The translations under genes and the position numbers were made by a program. A stretch of DNA of 64,000 nt from a virus (taxonomy: Duplodnaviria > Caudoviricetes). How positions within the stretch are numbered: position 1 is the first letter of the stretch; each line of letters begins with the position of its first letter. This document shows positions 27,237 through 37,900 of the stretch, one piece after another. The stretch lies in IMG/VR virus record IMGVR_UViG_3300028833_000074, positions 1 to 64,000 of that record. The stretch is one strand, 5' to 3'. A model generated the notes under the pieces. The model had not been told where the DNA came from, did no database searches, and saw nothing but the letters and a program-made list of their open reading frames with translations.

Positions 27237-28361
27237 ATGGTTGATATACAAGTTAATGATGGTACTGAAATTTTATCACGTTTATGGAATAATTTGATTG
27301 CACGTGGGGTAACTAATCGTCGTGTAGATAGTACACGTATTGGTTTAATTTTTTCAGCAATTGCTACAGAACTTAATACAACAGTTAGTTTAATAGAATC
27401 TTATTTAGGGCAATTTACTCTTCAAACGTGTACTGATAGAGTATTAATTGAAAATATGGCAAGATTATTTGCTGTTCCAAGATTAGCCAGTAAATCAAAG
27501 GTTATTTTAACTTTTTATCGTATGGAAAATTTTAGCGATGCTGTAAAAATTCCAGCAAATTTTGCTGTTCAATGTGAAACCGATAGAAAAATTGTATTCA
27601 AAACTATACAAGATGTATATCTATATAAAGGTGTAGATTTTGTTAATGTTATGGCTGTGTCAGTTCAATCCGGTAGTGCATATAATGTAGAAGCAAACAC
27701 TCTAAATACTTTTCAAGCAAATGGTTATAATACATACATTGGTGTAACTAATGAAGAACCATCATATGGTGGATATGAAGATGAGACTGTTGAAGAATTA
27801 AGGGCAAGAGCAAGTGGCTTTAGATATGAACGTGATGGTACAATCGAAGATATTCAACGTAAATTAGTGAGAGAAGGATATTCACATGACAAATGGATAT
27901 TGTTTGAAGAAGAAAATGAACATGGTATGTATACAATATGCATAGATACAGATGCCGAGACAGAATTTGAAGATATCAAACGAGTATTAAGTTATCGTCG
28001 TACACCGGGCATTACACAAGTTTTCCAACGAGCAAATCGTATGTATGTCGATATGTATATAACTGTATATACAACTGGTGATACAGATTATACACCAGTT
28101 GAAAAGGATGAAATGTTTGCAACTATTAATGATACGATTCAAAGATTTTTCTTGGTATATTGCACATTAGGTTCTGATTTAAATATCAAAAATTTAACAG
28201 CAGAAATCAACAATGCATTGAATAAATATAAGATTACATCTGTTAATATTGACTTAAGTGATGGTATTACATTACAAGGTAATACATTACGTGCTGGTCG
28301 TACAACAAGATTATATCCAAATAAAATTTTAACATCATTAAAATATGAAGGTGCTATTTAA
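27237..28361 (+). CDS. Baseplate J/gp47-like wedge protein
   Basis: Hallmark motifs 'PRLASKSKVILTF', 'IPANFAV', 'GSAYNVEANTL', 'VTNEEPSYGGYEDETVEELRAR'. Confidence 0.9.
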   Translation: MVDIQVNDGTEILSRLWNNLIARGVTNRRVDSTRIGLIFSAIATELNTTVSLIESYLGQFTLQTCTDRVLIENMARLFAVPRLASKSKVILTFYRMENFSDAVKIPANFAVQCETDRKIVFKTIQDVYLYKGVDFVNVMAVSVQSGSAYNVEANTLNTFQANGYNTYIGVTNEEPSYGGYEDETVEELRARASGFRYERDGTIEDIQRKLVREGYSHDKWILFEEENEHGMYTICIDTDAETEFEDIKRVLSYRRTPGITQVFQRANRMYVDMYITVYTTGDTDYTPVEKDEMFATINDTIQRFFLVYCTLGSDLNIKNLTAEINNALNKYKITSVNIDLSDGITLQGNTLRAGRTTRLYPNKILTSLKYEGAI

Positions 28362-28918
28362 TGACAATTTGTAATCGTGAGATTGTTAAAACTATCGAAT
28401 CTACAATTGAAATTGACTCTGAATTACCAGAAGCACAAAGTAAATGTGAAAATAACTTAACCGATATGGATATTGTAGATTTTTTAACAAAAAAAGACCA
28501 ATTACATTTTTACGAAAGAACTAATTTTGACCCATGTAATGATTTATGGCTTATCAGCAATGAAGAATGTTTATGGCAAGCCATTGTTGGTGAGATTAAA
28601 ACACCTTATGGATTGTTAAGTAATTCTGTTGGACAAAACACTTATGGATGTCGTATTTGGGAATTAATTGGTGAAAATATTGACTCTTTAGTTGTTAAAG
28701 AATTTGAAGCCGATATTATTGAAACTTGCTTAAAATATCCAGAAGTAAATAACATTATAGATATAGATACAAAAGTAGGAGATAATGATGCATTTTTATG
28801 TACAATTACTATAGATAGTATCTATGGTGTTTTTGATGGTATTACTCATATTCCATTAGCACATCCATCAAATAAAGTCTGGAAGAGTTCCAAAAATATG
28901 TTTCAATCAAGTAGATAA
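28361..28918 (+). CDS. Baseplate wedge / sheath initiator (gp25/gp46-like)
   Basis: 'LWQAI..EIKTPYG...YGCRIWELIG...CLKYPEV..I...ITIDSIYG'. Confidence 0.75.
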   Translation: MTICNREIVKTIESTIEIDSELPEAQSKCENNLTDMDIVDFLTKKDQLHFYERTNFDPCNDLWLISNEECLWQAIVGEIKTPYGLLSNSVGQNTYGCRIWELIGENIDSLVVKEFEADIIETCLKYPEVNNIIDIDTKVGDNDAFLCTITIDSIYGVFDGITHIPLAHPSNKVWKSSKNMFQSSR

Positions 28919-28925
28919 CTTATTC

Positions 28926-28940
28926 TTTAAATATATTAGA
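28926..28940 (+). promoter_or_regulatory. Late promoter motif, copy 3 (TTTAAATATATTAGA)
   Basis: Matches the shared motif; ~40 nt upstream of the GAGGT RBS/ATG 28979. Confidence 0.7.
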
Positions 28941-28978
28941 AAATATATTCCTTATTAATTATTTTTTTGAGGTTTAAA

Positions 28979-31900
28979 ATGCAATATTCGGATATTAATT
29001 TTCATAATGACTTTAGAGGCAATTTACGTCAAACAGCATGGAGTTCTCTCTTTCCATATTGGTATACAGAAGATGATTTTCTCAAAACTATCGGTGATGA
29101 GATTGAACTCATAAAAGCACAAGGTGTTTTTAAATTATTAAATATAGGCGTGAAACCACCTATTATGATTTGGCAAACATCTTTAAATCACGAAGAATAC
29201 CATATTAATCAACATATTACCGAAGAAGAAAATATCATACAAATAACAGCCCCTTTATATAAAACATGGGGTATTATTGAAATTACCAGTAATAGTGAAT
29301 TATCTAATTTACAAATCATGATAAATGATAATGATGGTATTGTTATTCCTATTGATATTCCAAAAAACGCACAAATTTATTTAGACCTTGAAAATCAACT
29401 TTTTTATTTAAATAACAAACAAATTAATGTCTTAACCTTTGGACAAGGTATGCCATATTTTATAACAAGTCGTCATAATAAAGTATATAATCATGACACA
29501 CCATTACATAATGAAGTTATTAATCTTACATTTTCTTCAAAAGACCCTATTGATTTAGATGTTGATGTTTTATTAAAAAATGTTGTTTTTGAGAATGAAC
29601 AAAACATTGAAGTAACATCTTTAGAATCATTACCTATTGAAAAAATTGTATTGTATGCTAAATATGATTTCCCTTACAACCCAGATGTTAATGGTTGGAA
29701 AAAGGTTTATGAAAAAAAATATCAATCTGATACTCATGTAGTATATGATATGATTACCACTCGTTTTTATACAAAAAAATTTTATGCAGAAGTATGGTTT
29801 AAGGGTATAGACTATCCATATACAGTTGGATTTCCAGCATATAAAGATGCAGATGCATCATCTATGTATCATGTTAATTCTGAATTAGATACATTAGGTG
29901 AATTATTATCTCTTCCACGAAGAATATACAAAACTGATATACCAGAAGAAGACTATCCTTTTACATTCCCAATTTTTTATCCTTTTGACATTGAACAAGA
30001 TTATTGGTATTACTCTCGATTGGTTAATGAATATTGCTATAATGACTTGGCTATTGATTCTGTAGATATTCTTGATACAGATAACACACCAGTTGTCAGA
30101 TTACATTCAATTAATCCTTTTGTAGAAGATTTCGTTGTTTATAGTCATTCTTCTTATCCAATTGATTATAAAAATATTAATTATCACGAATATATACCAT
30201 CTTTTGTGTCTGAAGTAAATGACAAACTTGGTCATACTTCTCATCATAATATTGAAAATTTATTAAAATATGATGATTATTACACATACAACAATTTATT
30301 AAGTAAATCTAATAATAATATTTCATATGAATCATATAAGTCTAAACCATTATTAATGTGGTTTAATACATCAGACTTACCGGAAGACGTCAATATTACT
30401 GGTTTTGAAATTATTTTAGACGCAGAATCTACTGACAATGCATTCACTAAATATAACGATGAAAGAACAAATTTATTTATTACACCAGATACATTATATG
30501 GTCAAATTCAATCATCCGGCCATTTTGAATTAACTCGTAAAAACATTGTTTATGGTGGTAAGAATGAACTTTTTGAATTAGAATATTTACCAGAAAATGA
30601 TTCACATATCATTCAAAAAATTATCATTAAACCTTTTTCTGGACACCCTAAACAATTAATGGAGATTCCTTTTGTATATTATGAAGATGATAAAATTATT
30701 GATAATATCAATGATGTTTTTGTAGTATTTTATGATGATAATAATGAATGTATCGAATCAAAACAAGGATATTATTATTCTGAATTACGCAATGATAAAA
30801 CATATCGTTATATTGAAGTAGAAGTACCAAATGCAGATAACATTAAAAATATCAGTATCTTGTCTACAACTAATCTATATCATCCTTTTAATGTTAATGT
30901 TGAAGTAGATATGGAAAATGATAGTTTTGAAGGCCCTATTGATGATGATGAAAATATTCATACAGAAACATTTGATAAAGAATGGGATACCGGCAATCTA
31001 CGTGACTTATTAAATGAGTATGGATTATACTTTAACTATGCTTTAACAAATGATAGTGAGAATAATACATCAACTGTATTATTACATAACGCAACCTTAC
31101 GTATTTATCATACACCAAAAACATCACATTTTAAATTAGATACAAATATTATTAATGCATCACGTTTAAATAACACAGCACAACTTGAAGTGCAAATCAC
31201 TAATAATGGAGAAAAAACACTTAATACACATATTGATATTATTAGCGCAAGTAATTTAAAATTATCCAACAATTATATTGAAGTTAATTTACAATCTGGT
31301 GATTCTATCGTTGAAGTTATCGATATAAAACCAGAGTACAATATTCAAGATGGAATTTATGATATTATAACAATATGCGAAGACCAATCTAAAACTAATT
31401 ATATGAAAATTACGTCTGGTGGATTGATTAGAACTAATGTTATATTAAAACCACATTTTACTAAAATTAATAAACAAGTTACTTTAACAGCGCAAGTACA
31501 AACTATTAATAAAGATACAATTAATGGCTCTCCAAATAAAATAGAATTTTATATTAATAATTTTTATGTAGGAGAATCTATTGTTAATCAAAATCAAGCA
31601 GAATACACAATCATACCAAGTGACTATTCATTTATTAACGCTGGTAATGCTAAATTAACTGCAAAATTTATTGATGGCAGTAAATATACAACATCATATG
31701 CGCACAATAATATTTTTATTGATAAAAATGATATTACTATTGATATAAATACTGAAGATACCATTATACAAGGTAAACCATATTACATTAGGGCTAATGT
31801 AACATATGTAGATGATAATGGCGTTCGTCATAATGTAGAAGAAGGCACTATCACAGCATTCATTAATGATGTTGAACTTTTTACAAAAGAATTAAATAAT

Positions 31901-34900
31901 GGTGTATTAGAAGCATATCCAATTATTGATGAAAATGCTGGTGACGCCATATTAACCATTAGATATAACAATACCGATAAATATCCACAAAGTGAAATTA
32001 GCAAAAATGTCGTTATTGTTGGTGGCACAACTCAAGTTACTGTTTTTGATGCCAGCGGTAAACCAAATGATAATGTTACCATAAAGGTGAAAGTAACTGA
32101 TACAAATAATGTTGCTGTGCCATCTGGATATTTAGATTATACTATTAGTGCGCCAGATATTGAAGATATTATTTTAACAGATAGAGAAATACATAATGGT
32201 ATTGATGAAATTAATATCACTATCCCATCTAATATTATTATTGAAGATGACGATGTACGCATTTTAGACGTAACTGTAAATTATCATAATTTACAATCTA
32301 ATAATATGACTGATGACACTTTATTTAATAATAGTCAAGGTGTTGGACATATTTATGTTAAAAAAGGTGACGTATTAATTCAAGATTCTATTTTATTTAA
32401 TGCATCTGCATATGAGCCATTAGGTTTTTATGTAAAAGTTATTGATGCAAATACTGGAGAGCCTATACCGGAAGGACAAGTAACCATTACTATTCCACGC
32501 CAAAATAATATTACTATAACAACTGACGTAGATGAAGATGGTGGAGCAAGATTATTATATAATCCTATTCAATTTACAGCCGATGAATGGAATAAATTAG
32601 AACGTACACGTTTTATTATTTGCGATTCAGACCCACAAGCACTTGACAATAATAGTGAACCATTGTATAACGAGAATCATCCATATGAAATATATTACTC
32701 ACAAGATAGTGACTTATATTATCTTTATGATTATACCGAAGATGAAGAACCTACTTGTGAACTTCTACAACGAATAGGTCGAGATAATTCTGTAAATTTA
32801 CTTGATTTTTATATTGTAGATGGAGTTTTATATTATCAAAGTAATTATGATGACGATATAGAACATATCTATATAGATGAAGATGGTTATTTATATGCAA
32901 GAGCAGCAAACGATTCATTAAGACAATATAATGAAGGAGTATTTGATATCATCATTGATTATAATGGAGGATATCAATACAAAAATCAATTTGCAGAAAG
33001 TAAAATAAAAATTTCTATACCACAAATTGATGTTGATATGCATTCATATAATATGAGTTATAATAATCCTATTAACGTCAAATCTTATATTACTGAATAC
33101 TCATGGGATATACATACGCCAACACAATGGATTCAAGAAGGTACTGTAAATTATTATATTGATGGTAAATTATTAGATTCTGCTAATGTTATTAATGGTT
33201 TGGCTATATTATCAACAAACAAGTTATTATCCATACCACATGGCAAACATTTATTAACTGCTGAATTTGTTGCAGACATGCCTACCTACACACATGTGCT
33301 ACTTAACATTGAACAAATTACGCCAATTATCGAACCACAATTTGATAGAATCTTCTCTAATAAAAAAAGTGAATTAGATGTTTACGTGAGAACACCAAAT
33401 AACTTTGAAGTTAGCGGTGATTTATCTGTTTATATTGATGATGTAGAAATAGGATATGTATTATTAACTGGCGAAGAGGATGGCCACGCACACTTTACCA
33501 TACAAATGCCAAATTTAGAGAATGAAGTACATATACTAAAGATTACATATAGCGGAAACGATTACATTCGTTCTCATGAGATAGAGCAAGTATTACGCCC
33601 AGAGCAACTTGAAGTAACTACAATATGTGAATCTCATATCATAACTACACCGGAAAATACTATACAAATACCAGTACAAATTACATCTCGTGATAACGAT
33701 AATATATCAGAAGGCTATGTTGCATTATTTAATATTGAAAATGACCAAGAAATTGCACGTACATTTATGACAAATAATCGTGGTATGCTTACATTAACTG
33801 CACCAAATGATTATGGCAATTATCAATATAGTGTGCAATATAAAAATGGCGTTAACTATAAAGATGATGAGTTTCACATTATTGATGTGCAAGTTATTGA
33901 AGGCCAAGAGATAGTATATGCTGATGGTAATACAGACCCAGAAAATACTGGACATTATATTGACCTTATAACTGCAATGCGTGCTGTAGTAAATAATGGA
34001 ACAGTATACTTAACTAATGAAGAAAAAAATACTGGTGTTATTAATAATGATTATTATTTCACCAAAGATGTCAATATTATTGGTACAAATGGGGCAAAAA
34101 TTACAAAAGATATGTCTGATTTAATCACTAATGAAGATGATATCAAGATGTATCATCAAGATGACTTTACAGATGAAGATTTTGCCCAAATGCATAAACT
34201 TGACTTTTTATCTAAAGCAAGTTTAAATACATCTGAATATCGTTTAATCAACAAGGATATATATTATATTAACAATAATGAACTTGTACCAGTTTATATT
34301 ATTGATGGTGATTTTTATTCAACTCTTAACATATCCAAAAAACATACAACAATCTATACCAATGGACATAATATCAATCTTCATAATATTATTTTTGAAA
34401 ACAATGACGTAGAAAATGACTTATTAATTTACAACAATGGCGTTCTTACAATTACATATTCAATTATCAATGACAATATTGCAATTGACAATTATGATAC
34501 ATTAACCATTAATCGAAGTTTAATGTATGGAAAATTAAGATTACCATCAAATAACGTTGATTTAAACAATAATTGGTGGGGGTCAAATGAAGCACCTTTC
34601 AATGTTGATAATCATATTATTTTATCAATATCTACATTAGAAACTCCACCAGTAATTAGTGAATCTATCAATGTTCAATTACAATTAATTGGCGCAAATG
34701 GTCGAGAATATTTATTACCAGCACCTTATTTCAAAATGTATGCAGATTCTGGTATTATTGCTCATGAATATGGTCAATTATCAAACTCTAAAATTATCAC
34801 ACAATATGATGATGCTGTTCAAGAAGGAAAAGTATATGGAGAAGTTGATAATCAAATTGTATCATTAGATGTATATGATTACGATAGAAAAACCGAAGTT

Positions 34901-37900
34901 ATATTAGAATCTATACATAAAGTGCCAACCAACCATCAAATTACCCTTAAGGCTATTGTGCAAAGTGTTGCCGATGTATTCTTCAAATTTGACGATAATA
35001 ATAATATTATCAAACAATCTAACTCTATCAATAATGGTTATGTAATTTTCTCATTAAACAACGAACGCATAGGCAAGGCATATGTCCAAGATGGCATTGC
35101 CGAATTGCCTACCTTCTTGTCTGCAAACGTATATTCATTAGGCGATGCTATCTTAAGCGCAAAATATATACCATCCGAATATTATTTTGCATCCGACAGC
35201 AACCAACATATCACCATTATTGATGATAATGAATACTGTTTTATGTCCACATTTGGTGACGACAACAACAATGGAACATTCAACGAACCCGTTCAAACGC
35301 TACAAAGAGCATGCGAATTAGACAAGAAAATTTTAATCAAAGATGGCATATACGAAGGCAATCACATTAGCATTGACAAGGAAACACACATTGAAGCATA
35401 TAATGATAATGTAACCTTTACAAACAATACTTTCATCAATAATGATGACTTATACATTACCGGCATTAATTTTAAAAATAACGATAATGTCATTTTTGAA
35501 AACCATGGCAGATTATATATCAATCAATGTATCTTCACAGACAATCAAGAGTATATTGTTGACAATAATGACGAAAGCATCACATCTATTGTTGATTCAG
35601 TTATCCTTGACAAAAATATAGTAACCGATTATAGCAAATTAAGCACAATGGAATATTGTTGGTTCGGAACAAACGAACCTAATGATAGCGAACAAGGTCC
35701 TATATTAGATGATTACACCATTAATAAGTATTATATTATGAGTGTAGAATCATCTAAAAACATTATTTATATAGGTTCTGTTGTGCGTTTGGTTGCAATG
35801 TTGCAAGATGTTTATGATAATGGCACGATATATCACAATAAAGAACGCCCATTGCCATTAAGAATTGCTTACTTTGAGACTGATGCCGGTTCACTTATGC
35901 CGCTTAAAGACTATACATATCACAAGCAAGCAACTACATTATTAAATACAAATGATAATCTTAACTCAAATAAAGTTATCTTAACAACACCAAAAAACAT
36001 CAACTATATCAATCAACCACTCAAATTGGAAATTTATGTCGATGAAGCAAATGGCTCACCAATACAAAATGGAACAATCACATTAAACATTAATGATGGC
36101 AACAAAACTATTGTACAACATCAAAAGGTCACCATTAATCATGGTATTGCTACATACATAAATGATTCAATTAACCTTACACAAGGTACATATAATTTAA
36201 CTTGTGTATATTATGACAATGCAACAACATATAAAGGTGCATATACTTTTGAAGTAAAGCGAGACGAAGTTCAATTTAATAATATTTACATAGATAATTA
36301 TGACCATATATATGAATTAACTTTTAACGCTGATGTAGTCACAAACTCTGGCAATATTGTCGAACAACAAGAAGTATATTGTTATATTGATGATGTCATG
36401 GCAACCAATACACTTACAAATCGTAATAAATTTATCATTAATAATGGCCAAGCATTATTTAACATGATATATAATGAGATACCAGCCGGTGTACATACCC
36501 TAACAATTACAAATGAAAATTGTTCATCCAGTTATGAAACCTTTAAATTTACAACTAAATTTACAGCATACGAAAAAGAAACAACAATACATTTTAATTA
36601 TAATGGCATTGAACAAAATGTACCAACTGATTTATTAATATCTGTTACCGATAACAATGCCAAAATTATTGATGGTGATATATCAATTTACATTAATGAT
36701 GAAATTGTTGAACAAGATAATCAAACTACATTTGCATTAAACAATGGCCAATATGTATTGCAAGATGTTCAATTAACACAAGGACAATATTCAATCGTAA
36801 TATATTATCATGGCGTAACAGATTATTATCAAGAATCTATTTTCGTTAAAAATGATTTTAACGTTGGTATACATGCTGTACACATTTCAAATGAAGGTCC
36901 AATAACAACATACATTGGTGACGAATATATTTTTGATTTTAACATACTTGATATTTACGATAATATTGTTGAAATCGGTATGGTAAATCTATATGTTAAT
37001 AATAACCTTATTAACGATACACCAATAAATATATCAGAAAATCATCATATCTCATATCCATTTGCAATATCATATTTATCTGCTGGCGTTCACAATTTAA
37101 CAGTTGAATATATTGATGATAGCAATGCATATTTGAATACCAATATATATTTAGATATGATTGTAAATAAAATCGATACTATCATTAGCATAGAACCGAT
37201 TGATAGTTATCCAAATGCTAATGTTAATGTCAATTATGATATTCATACCAATAGCAATAATATGGTTAATAGTGGAATTTTAATTGCTAAATTAGAAGAT
37301 AAAATTATTGGACAAGCACAAGTATCTGATATTATCAATCGTTATATTACATTAAATATACCTTTTAAGCCATCCGGCAATTATGATATTATATTTGAAT
37401 ATTATGATGCAGATAATAAATACGCTAATAATAGTATTACTGTACCTTTAATTATTAAAAATGGTAGCATTAATATTACTACTTCTCATGACAGTTATTA
37501 TCCAAATCAAGAGTTTCCTTTGGAAATTCGCATTACCGATGATAATGATGATGCTGTTAATTATGGATTTGTATCATTATATATTGATAATGTGCGAGAA
37601 TCAGACCCACTTCCAGTTAAATATGGTGAAGTTAGATATCCTTTATTATTAAAACAAATTCGAGATTATCCGATTACAATTGTATATGAAGGAAATGAAT
37701 ATTATCAAGAAACAACATATACACAAAACATTGCTGTAAACAATATACAAATTAGAGACATTAATATTGTTGAAGAATTAAAATCATTACCGGATACAAA
37801 ACATGATTATCATTTAACATTTACAACAATGGATGATTATAATGTTTATGATGGTATTATTGATTTTATATTTGATAGTGATGTAATACATAGTTATTAT

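Noticed and set aside
9191-28918. Non-viral contractile injection system or tailocin
   Set aside because: Terminase, portal, protease and capsid genes are contiguous with the tail module.
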